From assembly GCA_024233345.1 (NCBI GenBank), contig JACKPT010000007.1, positions 51,434 to 115,433 of the forward strand: DNA of 64,000 nucleotides. Direction: 5' to 3'. The translations under genes were made by a program, and so were the position numbers. The DNA is from Verrucomicrobiota bacterium. GTDB taxonomy: Bacteria; Verrucomicrobiota; Kiritimatiellia; CAIVKH01. Positions 49,147 to 57,408 of this stretch are shown piece after piece. Below the pieces are notes generated by a model, which was not told the DNA's origin, did no database searches, and worked only from the letters and a program-made list of their open reading frames with translations. Position 1 is the stretch's first letter. Each line of letters begins with the position of its first letter.

Positions 49147-50363
49147 GACCCCTGACCATAGAGGGTTTGAATGTCCCGGGCAAAGACTTTGGCGCCAAAC
49201 CGCCGGTCAAAGGAGCGGATCGCTTCCTGCCCGATGGTGGCTCTGAGGTCGGGGTCCTGCATGCGGATCATGGCCTCGGCGAGGGCTTCGCTGTTCATCG
49301 GCGGAACCAGCAGGCCGGTGATTCCATCGGCAATATCTTCCCGGAGGCCGTCGATGGCGGAGCAGACAACGGGTTTACCGAGTTGCATGGCTTCCAGCAT
49401 GGCGAGGGCGCCGCTTTCCTCGCGGAGCGATGGCTGTACATAAATATCCGCTAGGTTCAGCCAGGGTCGTACATCCTCCACAAAACCAGTGAAGAGGACG
49501 CGATCACCGATTCCGAGGGCGTGAGCGAGTTTGCGATGGTGCCCCATCATCGGGCCCCCGCCCACGATGCAGAGCTTACCCGGCTGTCCCCGGTGGGCCA
49601 GTCTGGCCATGGCCTCAATTAGAATATCCGTTCCTTTCTTGGGCCGTTGAAGGGTGATGGTCAGATACAGCGGACCCTCCCGACCCAGCCAGGCCTCTCC
49701 TTCCGGTGCCCGGGTCGGGAACGGGGGAAGAAAAACCGATTCCGGACCATAGTGGACCTTGCGAATCGGCACCTGGCTCCCATGATGCTGTTTGATCAGC
49801 GCCTGCACAGAGTCATAATTCACCCCGACCACATCTGCGGCGAGGACGGCCCGGTGTTCGCAAGGCGCAGCCATACGTTGCACCCAGGCGACTTCGATTC
49901 GCTGGCGCAGTCGCTCCCGCCCCCATGGATAATGTCCCAGGGCATCCAACTGGGCCTGGCATTCCACAGCATAGACCGTGTACATACTCATGATGAACCG
50001 GGGGGAGTCTGGGCCCAGGCGTGCCTTCAGCAGCGCCCCGGCATAACTCCAGACCCCAAACCCATGGATCGCATCCACCGGGTGATCCCGCGTAAACTCA
50101 CCCATGCCCTGGGCGAGGGTGGGGGCATGAAACCGGATCATGGTTTGCCGGTGGGCCAGGCCCCGGTCCGCCATGCGATGCACCGTACCAAAATCGGTTT
50201 CCACATCCCTCGCCCGGTCTGAAACACAAAAAAGGTGGGGGTGAAAACCCGCGGCAAGCGCGGCCCGGGCATGGGCGCGGACGTAAGCGCAGTGCCCGCC
50301 GCCAATTTCCTCCAGTGGATCGCGACCGCTGATCAGAATGACATGAGGCATTGGGGTCTTCAT
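49143..50363 (-). CDS. Family 4 (GT-B) glycosyltransferase
   Basis: C-terminal Glycos_transf_1 pattern GKLCIVGGGP, FTGFV, YVQPSLREESGALAMLEAMQLGKPVV (E-x7-E), GLLVPP. 406 aa. Confidence 0.85.
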   Translation of the reverse strand: MKTPMPHVILISGRDPLEEIGGGHCAYVRAHARAALAAGFHPHLFCVSDRARDVETDFGTVHRMADRGLAHRQTMIRFHAPTLAQGMGEFTRDHPVDAIHGFGVWSYAGALLKARLGPDSPRFIMSMYTVYAVECQAQLDALGHYPWGRERLRQRIEVAWVQRMAAPCEHRAVLAADVVGVNYDSVQALIKQHHGSQVPIRKVHYGPESVFLPPFPTRAPEGEAWLGREGPLYLTITLQRPKKGTDILIEAMARLAHRGQPGKLCIVGGGPMMGHHRKLAHALGIGDRVLFTGFVEDVRPWLNLADIYVQPSLREESGALAMLEAMQLGKPVVCSAIDGLREDIADGITGLLVPPMNSEALAEAMIRMQDPDLRATIGQEAIRSFDRRFGAKVFARDIQTLYGQGS

Positions 50364-50746
50364 CGGGTGATCAGCGAAACCAGAGCCATGCCCCCGATAA
50401 ACGCGGTCATGCTGAGGGCCAGTGTGCCCACCAGGTACAGGCCCGCCCCCCCGATGTTACCATTCTTAAACAGGTGGTGGGACTCCAGGATCAAGGACGA
50501 CATGGTGGTAAAGCCTCCGCACAAACCGGTGGCCAGCAGGAGTCGCACTTCCGCCGACATCCACGAAACCTGGCCGACCGCCTGGGTAATCATGCCGATC
50601 AAGAAACAGCCCAACATATTCGCGGCCAGCGTACCGAGGGAAAAGATTTGTTCGGACCGATACAGAAAGATCGCGGTCAGATACCGCAGGATCGAGCCGG
50701 CAAAGCCGCCCGCCCCCACCAGTAGACACGCTTTCAGCGCGTTCAC
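50360..50746 (-). CDS. crcB: Fluoride channel CrcB/FluC
   Basis: GTG start at 50746. LLVGAGGFAGSILRY, LAANMLGCFLIG, GLCGGFTTMSS. 128 aa, four TM. The stop overlaps the GT4 start by 4 nt. Confidence 0.88.
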   Translation of the reverse strand: MNALKACLLVGAGGFAGSILRYLTAIFLYRSEQIFSLGTLAANMLGCFLIGMITQAVGQVSWMSAEVRLLLATGLCGGFTTMSSLILESHHLFKNGNIGGAGLYLVGTLALSMTAFIGGMALVSLITR

Positions 50747-50992
50747 CCGCGCTCCCCGGTTGCTTCGGCGACCTGGGCCATGAGGGATTTCCCCCAGGTC
50801 CCGCCCCGGAACATTTCGAGCCTGACTTCTGTGTTTCGCATTGCCTAGTGATACGGAATCCCGGTCGGCATGGCAAACGGTATGTCCGGTTCGACGCCTG
50901 TCCGCATCGGCGGTTCCACAGCCGTGATGGCGGCGGCCGGGCCGGAATCAATCCGGGCTGTAACCACTTCCCAAGCCGGCAAGAACTCCTGC

Positions 50993-51021
50993 TTGAACTT
51001 GCCCTGTCTTTTTCGTAGGGT
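50993..51021 (+). promoter_or_regulatory. Possible sigma70-type promoter for the NDK-like gene
   Basis: TTGAAC (50993-50998), a 17-nt spacer, then TAGGGT (51016-51021), ~38 nt upstream of ATG 51060 (RBS GGAGGG). Sequence match only. Confidence 0.25.
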
Positions 51022-51059
51022 TCGCGGCCAATCTCGGACAATTTAACCCGGAGGGCAGC

Positions 51060-52223
51060 ATGGCCAAGGAATTAGCATTTGTTTTAGTGGATCCCTATAT
51101 CATTTCAAAATCCAGAACCGGCGGCGTACTCAGCCGAATTGTCAGCCGCACCGGTTTGGAACTGGTGGCGGCCCGGATGTTCGGGCCCAGTCAGGAGCTG
51201 GTCGAGGAATATGCCCAGGCGATTCGCACCATGAAGGATCTCGAACCGCAGGAGGCCGAATTGATCGCCGACTATGTTCTGCACAAGGTCGGGCCTGATC
51301 CCAAGTCGGGTAAGCGGCGCCGGAATTTACTCCTGTTGTTCGAAGGTGAGTCCGCAGTCTCCAAAGTGTCCAAGGCGGTCGGTCATCCCCGTCCCCATGC
51401 TGAATCCGGGGAGACGGTGCGGGACACCTTCGGTGATTTCATTGTCGAAGAGGATGGCAAGCCGGCCTACTTCGAGCCTGCGGTTTTTACTGCTCATTCC
51501 AAGGAATCCGCCGGTTCGATCTTGAAGCTACTGGCCAAATACAGTGCGTCTGACGGCGGGGTCATCGACGATGCCGAAGGGGTTCCGGAGGGGGAGGACA
51601 TACAGCGCACCCTGGTGATCCTCAAACCGGACAACTTTCAATATCCGAGTTCCCGCCCCGGCAATATTATCGACCTGTTTTCAGCATCGGGACTTCGCAT
51701 CATCGGGGCCAAGGTTCACCGCATGAGTGTGGCGGAGGGCGAGGAATTCTATGGTCCGGTCCGCGAAGTCTTGCGCAACAAGCTGAAGGCGCCGGTGGCG
51801 GAGCGGGCAACCGCCGCCCTGACCGAGGAATTTGGATTTTCCATTCCCGAAGAGATCAAGACCCAGATCGGGGAATTGGTCGGACCCTGTTTCGGCGATG
51901 AGCAGTTTTACCAGATTATCCAGTTCATGGCTGGTGACAAACCGACCGAGGTCAAACCGGAAGACAAGGCCAAGCCGGGCAAGGAACGGTGTCTGGTCTT
52001 GATCTATAAGGGAAAACAGGCGGTCGATCGGATCCGCACCATTCTCGGCCCCACCGATCCCAGCAAGGCCTCTCCGGGTTCTGTCCGGAAGGAATATGGC
52101 AAAGATATCATGATCAATGCCGCCCACGCCTCCGACTCACCCGAGAATGCGGTCCGGGAGATGGGGATCGTGAAACCCGAGGCCGATACTATTGCCGAGC
52201 TTGTTGCCCGGCATTATGCTTGA
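51060..52223 (+). CDS. Two-domain nucleoside-diphosphate-kinase-like protein
   Basis: The C-terminal half is canonical apart from an insert: RTLVILKPDNF, GLRIIGAKV, EEFY, LGPTDPSKASPGSVRKEYG, NAAHASDSPENA (His356). The N-terminal half is NDK-like but altered: FVLVDPY instead of IKPD, GLELVAARM, GETVRDTFG, AVFTAHSKES (His146). Confidence 0.75.
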   Translation: MAKELAFVLVDPYIISKSRTGGVLSRIVSRTGLELVAARMFGPSQELVEEYAQAIRTMKDLEPQEAELIADYVLHKVGPDPKSGKRRRNLLLLFEGESAVSKVSKAVGHPRPHAESGETVRDTFGDFIVEEDGKPAYFEPAVFTAHSKESAGSILKLLAKYSASDGGVIDDAEGVPEGEDIQRTLVILKPDNFQYPSSRPGNIIDLFSASGLRIIGAKVHRMSVAEGEEFYGPVREVLRNKLKAPVAERATAALTEEFGFSIPEEIKTQIGELVGPCFGDEQFYQIIQFMAGDKPTEVKPEDKAKPGKERCLVLIYKGKQAVDRIRTILGPTDPSKASPGSVRKEYGKDIMINAAHASDSPENAVREMGIVKPEADTIAELVARHYA

Positions 52224-52247
52224 AGCATACATTCAGGAGATTCCGTC

Positions 52248-53438
52248 ATGTTTGAACAGGTACAAGCCGCACCCCCGGATCCCATTCTTGGCCTGACCGA
52301 GGCGTGGAAAAGTGATCCCAACCCGCAGAAGATCAATCTGGGGGTAGGGGTCTACAAGGATGACCAGGGAACGACCCCGATTTTGCCCTCGGTGAAGCAG
52401 GCCGAAGCGAACATTCTGGCCAATGGAACCAGTAAATCCTACATGCCGATCGGCGGATCTCCGGCGTATCGGGATGCGGTCCAATCCATGCTGTTAGGCG
52501 AAGGGCACCCGCTGATCGCGGAAAAACGGATAGCCACCGCTCACACCCCGGGCGGTACCGGCGGTCTCCGGGTCGGTGCGGATCTGCTCAAGACGCTCCT
52601 TCCCGAGGCCACGGTCTGGATGAGTTCGCCCACCTGGGCAAATCACAAGGGGATTTTCAAGGCCGCGGGCTTTGCCCAAGCGGACTATCCCTATTATGAC
52701 CCGGCCTCCAAGACGCTGGACTTTGATGCGATGATCGCCGCACTCGACCAGGTGCCTGCGGGCGACATTGTCTTGCTGCATGTCTGCTGTCATAACCCCA
52801 CCGGGGTTGACCCCACCCCCGGGCAGTGGGAGCAGATTGCCGCGACCGCCGCCGCACATGGATGGCTGCCTTTTCTGGATTTTGCCTATCAGGGATTCGG
52901 TGTCGGGATTGAAGAGGACCGGGCCGGCTTGCTGGCGATTGCCGAGGCATGCCCCGAGTTTGTTGTGGCCAGTTCCTTTTCCAAGAATTTTGGCCTCTAT
53001 CAGGACCGCACCGGTGCCCTGTCCATCGTATCCGGTTCCGCCGGAACCGTTGCTGCCGTCTACAGCAATCTACTGGTTACGATCCGGGTCAATTACTCGA
53101 ATCCGCCCGCACATGGAGGCTTAATTGTGGAGGAAATCCTTGGTGACAAGGCATTGACCAACCAATGGCTTGCCGAGCTCGCGGGAATGAGGGAGCGCAT
53201 CGCCGGGGTACGAAAGGATCTGGTCAAGGCACTGGATGACCGAAGTGTCCCCGGTGACCGCGCCTTCTTGATTCAGCAGAAGGGGATGTTTTCCTTCAGC
53301 GGCTTGACCGACGATCAGGTCCGACGGTTGCGCGAAGAAAAAAGCATCTATATCGTCAAGGGCGGCCGCATCAATGTTGCCGGTATAACCGCCGCCAATC
53401 TGGACTATCTGGCCGATGCGATTGCCGGGGTGATGTAA
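52248..53438 (+). CDS. aspC: Aspartate/aromatic amino acid aminotransferase (class I, AspC/TyrB type)
   Basis: MFEQVQAAPPDPILGL, INLGVGVYKDDQG, HNPTGVDP, SSFSKNFGLYQDRTGAL (PLP lysine), GRINVAG. 396 aa. Confidence 0.92.
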   Translation: MFEQVQAAPPDPILGLTEAWKSDPNPQKINLGVGVYKDDQGTTPILPSVKQAEANILANGTSKSYMPIGGSPAYRDAVQSMLLGEGHPLIAEKRIATAHTPGGTGGLRVGADLLKTLLPEATVWMSSPTWANHKGIFKAAGFAQADYPYYDPASKTLDFDAMIAALDQVPAGDIVLLHVCCHNPTGVDPTPGQWEQIAATAAAHGWLPFLDFAYQGFGVGIEEDRAGLLAIAEACPEFVVASSFSKNFGLYQDRTGALSIVSGSAGTVAAVYSNLLVTIRVNYSNPPAHGGLIVEEILGDKALTNQWLAELAGMRERIAGVRKDLVKALDDRSVPGDRAFLIQQKGMFSFSGLTDDQVRRLREEKSIYIVKGGRINVAGITAANLDYLADAIAGVM

Positions 53439-53545
53439 AACCGCCTGATCGCGGGATTGACTTTTCCCCCGATTTGGGGCTGGATGGTTGCTCAATTCGA
53501 CCGGCATGAAGCCGTTTGTAAAACCTTAAACTTGTGGAGTGAATC

Positions 53546-54613
53546 ATGGGAGTCCTCGATCTAGTCAAGCCCGGTATTGTCACCGGTGACGATGTAACGA
53601 AAGTGCTGAACCACGCGAAGGAAAATGGCTTCGCGCTGCCTGCCGTCAATGTGGTGGGATCCAACTCCGTCAACGCTGTTCTCGAGGCGGCCAAGGCGGT
53701 CAATTCTCCGGTCATTATTCAGTTCTCGAATGGTGGCGGAGTGTTCATGGCCGGCAAGGCCTGCCCGGCCAAAAACAAGGATGTGGTCGGTTCGATATCC
53801 GGTGCCTACCATGTCAAGCGCATGGCTGAAGCCTACGGGGTTCCGGTAATTCTGCATACCGATCACGCCGCGCGTAAATTGCTTCCCTGGATCGATGGAT
53901 TGCTCGAAGAAAATGAGCGTCACTTTGAACAGTTCGGTACTTCTCTGTATAGCTCCCACATGCTGGACTTGTCCGAGGAAGACCTGAACGAAAACCTGAG
54001 CACGTGTGAAACCTACTTCAAGCGTATGGCCAAGATTGGGATGACACTTGAAATTGAGCTCGGAGTCACCGGGGGGGAAGAAGATGGGGTGGATAACACC
54101 GGGGTTGATTCGTCGGCTCTGTACACCCAGCCCGAGGAAGTGGAAGAGGCCTATACCCGTCTGAAAGCGATCAGCGATAACTTCACCATCGCCGCTGCCT
54201 TCGGAAATGTGCATGGGGTTTACAAGCCCGGCAATGTCAAGCTGACCCCGGTGATCCTGAAAAACTCCCAGGACCATATTGCCGCCAAGCATGGCACCAG
54301 CGATAAGCCGGTGAACTTTGTGTTTCACGGCGGGTCCGGTTCGTCCCGCGAACAGATTCGCGAGGCGATCAGCTACGGTGCGGTGAAGATGAATATCGAT
54401 ACCGATACCCAGTGGGCGACCTGGGAAGGGGTACTGAAGTTCTATAAGGAAAAAGAAGCCTACCTCCAGGGACAGCTCGGCAACCCCGAGGGTCCGGACG
54501 CGCCGAACAAGAAGTACTATGATCCCCGGGTCTGGCTGCGCAAGGCCGAGGAGTCCATGGTCGAGCGTCTCAAGGTTGCGTTCGAGGATCTGAACTGCAT
54601 CAACCGCTGCTGA
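53546..54613 (+). CDS. fbaA: Fructose-bisphosphate aldolase, class II
   Basis: GFALPAVNVVGSNSVNAVLEAA, PVILHTDHA, ELGVTGGEEDG, FGNVHGVYKPGNV, FVFHGGSGS. 355 aa. Confidence 0.93.
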   Translation: MGVLDLVKPGIVTGDDVTKVLNHAKENGFALPAVNVVGSNSVNAVLEAAKAVNSPVIIQFSNGGGVFMAGKACPAKNKDVVGSISGAYHVKRMAEAYGVPVILHTDHAARKLLPWIDGLLEENERHFEQFGTSLYSSHMLDLSEEDLNENLSTCETYFKRMAKIGMTLEIELGVTGGEEDGVDNTGVDSSALYTQPEEVEEAYTRLKAISDNFTIAAAFGNVHGVYKPGNVKLTPVILKNSQDHIAAKHGTSDKPVNFVFHGGSGSSREQIREAISYGAVKMNIDTDTQWATWEGVLKFYKEKEAYLQGQLGNPEGPDAPNKKYYDPRVWLRKAEESMVERLKVAFEDLNCINRC

Positions 54614-54641
54614 TGCCGATCCTATCCTGATCGATACCCAA

Positions 54642-54673
54642 GCACCCCGGACGCTGGTTCGGGGTGTTTTTTT
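54642..54673 (+). terminator. Intrinsic terminator after fbaA (may also serve the convergent rsmB)
   Basis: Stem CACCCCG (54643-54649) pairs with CGGGGTG (54660-54666) around a 10-nt loop, followed by T7 (54667-54673). Confidence 0.8.
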
Positions 54674-54712
54674 GTCGCGGGGCCGGGTTGGTTTTTCCGT
54701 ATGTCGTTCGGT

Positions 54713-55990
54713 TCAGCGGTTTTTACGGAATCGGGCGATGAACATGCCATCGCCGGGACCGTCGGCGGGCAGAAGTTGAAGGATTCCGGGTACGGCTTCT
54801 CCGGTCAAGGGATTCGAAAAAGGATCGAGGGAGATCTCCGGATGCCGCTCCAGAAAGGTGTGGACCACGCCGGTGGTTTCCCGGTCGGTCAGGGTGCATA
54901 CCGAATAGACCAGAATCCCTCCGACGTTCAGGCAGGCACCGGCGTTGGCGAGAATCGCTTCTTGCTGCATGGATTGCGCAAGGATGTCCTCTGGCTTTGT
55001 TCGCCATCGGGCATCAGGATTGCGGGACCAGGTGCCCATGCCGGAGCAGGGGGCGTCAACCAGGATGCCGTCGAACGGTGCGGGCTGAGGACTGGTTGTG
55101 GCGGCATCCAACTGGATCGCGGAAATCCCCCGGTAGCCTGCGGCGGCAACACGACGCTCAAATTCCCGGCTTAGATCGCGAACATCGGTGGCCAGCACCG
55201 CACCGTGACCGTCGAGCAGTTCCGCCAAATGCAGGGTTTTCCCGCCGGATCCCGCACAGGCATCCCACCACCGCTGGCCCGGTTCCGGAGAGCACAACAT
55301 GCCCACGGCCTGGGAGGCGATGTCTTGAACTTCATACCGGCCCGCTTCACGTTTCAATACATGGGCAAGGTGCCACGACGGGTCGATGGCTAGAGCGGAT
55401 TGCATCCTCGCATGGCGATCCCATGGAATTTGTTGCCGGTTCAAGCTCGCAATGATTTCATCGGTATCCCGACAGCGTAGCCATGTCGGAGGGCGCTGCT
55501 GAAAAGACAGGACAAGGGCTTCGGGGTCGTGGCCCGGAGGAAAAGTATCCAGCACCCATGCCGGAACCAGCGTTTTCCAGGTAAATGTGTGACCGGGGAA
55601 ACACCCGGCAAGTGCTTCTGCCTTTTCCGATGGACGCAGGGCCCCCATGGGTTGACCTGCAACCGCGATCCCGTTGGTGCGGCACTCGAGTAGAAGGTGG
55701 TCAATGGCGGGAAGGGATTCGGTCACATCGAGTAGATAGGCTGCCGCCGCAGTGGCGGGCGTCGGTTCATTGGAGATTTGTGCGAGCCAGCCGCGCCAGC
55801 GGAACCAGGAAAAAATCAATTGCGAAACAAACCGCCGGTCTCGGGAACCAAAATTCCGGTGTTGATGAAAGAGTTTGCGCAGAAAGGTGTCGGCCGGCAT
55901 GCCCTCACGGACGGTTTCATCGGCTTCCTGCAGGACGGAAAACGCGACCCGGGCCTGGCCGGCCGCGTAGGGCGGGAGAGGCCCGGTCAT
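54713..55990 (-). CDS. rsmB: 16S rRNA (cytosine-C5)-methyltransferase, RsmB/Sun family
   Basis: NusB-like N-terminus (FLRKLFHQHRNFGSRDRRFV) and SAM motif WDACAGSGGKTLHLA. Catalytic-Cys contexts DAPCSGMGT and YSVCT. Confidence 0.85.
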   Translation of the reverse strand: MTGPLPPYAAGQARVAFSVLQEADETVREGMPADTFLRKLFHQHRNFGSRDRRFVSQLIFSWFRWRGWLAQISNEPTPATAAAAYLLDVTESLPAIDHLLLECRTNGIAVAGQPMGALRPSEKAEALAGCFPGHTFTWKTLVPAWVLDTFPPGHDPEALVLSFQQRPPTWLRCRDTDEIIASLNRQQIPWDRHARMQSALAIDPSWHLAHVLKREAGRYEVQDIASQAVGMLCSPEPGQRWWDACAGSGGKTLHLAELLDGHGAVLATDVRDLSREFERRVAAAGYRGISAIQLDAATTSPQPAPFDGILVDAPCSGMGTWSRNPDARWRTKPEDILAQSMQQEAILANAGACLNVGGILVYSVCTLTDRETTGVVHTFLERHPEISLDPFSNPLTGEAVPGILQLLPADGPGDGMFIARFRKNR

Positions 55991-56658
55991 GAGCTGATGG
56001 CTTCCCAGAGCTGGTCGGTATCGCTGGCAATGAAATCGGCCTGATGCTCGCGCAGTTCCTGTTCCGGCCGAAACCCCCAGGTGACGCCAACCGCCCGCAT
56101 ACCGGCATGGCGGGCGGTGTCCATATCCACCGCGGTATCCCCGACAAAGGCGATGGCCTGGGGCGGGAGTTCCCAGCCTGCCGCGATTTCGAGGGCGACG
56201 GTCGGATCGGGCTTGCGCGGTACCTCATCTCGCTGCCCATAGATCGGTGACCAGGGCCAGTCAGGGAGGAAATGGCGGACACAATCCAGCGTAATGTCAT
56301 GGGGTTTATTGGAAAGTACGCCGATGTGTAATCCGGCTTGCCGGCAACGATCAAGAAAGGCGGCGATTCCGGGATATACTTCGGTCCGCTGATTCCAACT
56401 TTCCCGGTAAACCTTCCGGTAATAGGCGAGAAAGCGCTCGACATCATCGGGTTGACGATGTTCCGGAGGGATCGCACATTCAACCAGATGCTGGATGCCC
56501 TCGCCGACAAAATACCGGTAATCGTCGATGGGGTGGGGTGCGTAGCCCATGGATTCGAGGGCGGCATTCATGGACAGGGCGATATCTTCCAGGGAATCGA
56601 TCAGGGTTCCGTCCAGATCAAAGATCACTCCCTGTATGGGTGGACAGTCCCCGTTCAC
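55987..56658 (-). CDS. gph: HAD-superfamily phosphatase (phosphoglycolate phosphatase-like)
   Basis: GTG 56658 overlaps the upstream stop (GTGA). HAD motifs VIFDLDGTLIDS, GVLSNKP, KPDP, FVGDTAVDMDTA. The 312-aa ORF's first 89 codons lie inside the methyltransferase gene. Confidence 0.75.
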   Translation of the reverse strand: MNGDCPPIQGVIFDLDGTLIDSLEDIALSMNAALESMGYAPHPIDDYRYFVGEGIQHLVECAIPPEHRQPDDVERFLAYYRKVYRESWNQRTEVYPGIAAFLDRCRQAGLHIGVLSNKPHDITLDCVRHFLPDWPWSPIYGQRDEVPRKPDPTVALEIAAGWELPPQAIAFVGDTAVDMDTARHAGMRAVGVTWGFRPEQELREHQADFIASDTDQLWEAISS

Positions 56659-57365
56659 ACCATGACTCCATAGACCAGAAGGTGTCGGTCGCTGATCGCT
56701 TCGACGGTCAGGGTCTGGAGTCCGGCAGCATCGAGATCGGCACGGACCTCTTCGACGGTAAACGCGGCAAACAGTGAATGATAGAAATCGTGCTGAAGGA
56801 CTTCCGGTTCTCCCGCGACATACCGTTCCTTCAAGCGTTGGGCTTCCACCGGAGTAGTGGGCCGCATCAGGTCCTTGATGAAGACGCGGGTTCCCGGTCG
56901 CGACAGTTTGGGCAGACTGTTCCACAGGGTGAAACTGTCATGGAGATGATGAAGCAGACTGTTGCTGATGATCACGTCGTACGGTGCACGGGGTGAAGCG
57001 GCAAAGCTCGGCAGCAAGTCGCACAAGAACCGGATCCGATCGGCAGCACCACCATACTTGGCCAGGATCAAGGCCGATGCGTCAATCATCGGTTGAGAGC
57101 CATCAACGGCATCGATCCGAACGTCCGGGTAGCGGCGGGCAAAACGCAGGGCAATGTCCCCGGGGCCGCACCCCAGATCCACTACGGTTCCCTGACCGTC
57201 AAAGTCCGGAAAAGTTTCCCCAAATAGATCGATCAGCCGCTGGTGAGGGGCTTCAAAATCAGCCCGGGCATAGGCCTCCGACTGTTCGACCGTCAGCATC
57301 AATTCTGGTTCCGGAATGCGTTGCATGAGCGGGGTTGGTATGGCACGAATAGGCCCTGCGGACAA
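56655..57365 (-). CDS. Class I SAM-dependent methyltransferase
   Basis: Motif I VVDLGCGPGDIAL, post-I IDAVDGSQPM, motif II-like VIISNSLLHHL. Alternative start ATG 57326. Confidence 0.8.
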   Translation of the reverse strand: MSAGPIRAIPTPLMQRIPEPELMLTVEQSEAYARADFEAPHQRLIDLFGETFPDFDGQGTVVDLGCGPGDIALRFARRYPDVRIDAVDGSQPMIDASALILAKYGGAADRIRFLCDLLPSFAASPRAPYDVIISNSLLHHLHDSFTLWNSLPKLSRPGTRVFIKDLMRPTTPVEAQRLKERYVAGEPEVLQHDFYHSLFAAFTVEEVRADLDAAGLQTLTVEAISDRHLLVYGVMV

Positions 57366-57408
57366 GGGGATTTTGCCCGCCGATCATCACCCTGGGGGTG
57401 AGGTGCTG

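Noticed and set aside
50747-50900. Possible fluoride (crcB-motif) riboswitch upstream of crcB on the minus strand
   Set aside because: Reading the reverse complement, only a loose GGCAAUG resembles the GGCGAUG core. The P1 closing CC, the AAAC.GCC linker and the GCUGAUGA..CCUAC 3' element are all absent. A covariance-model scan would be decisive.
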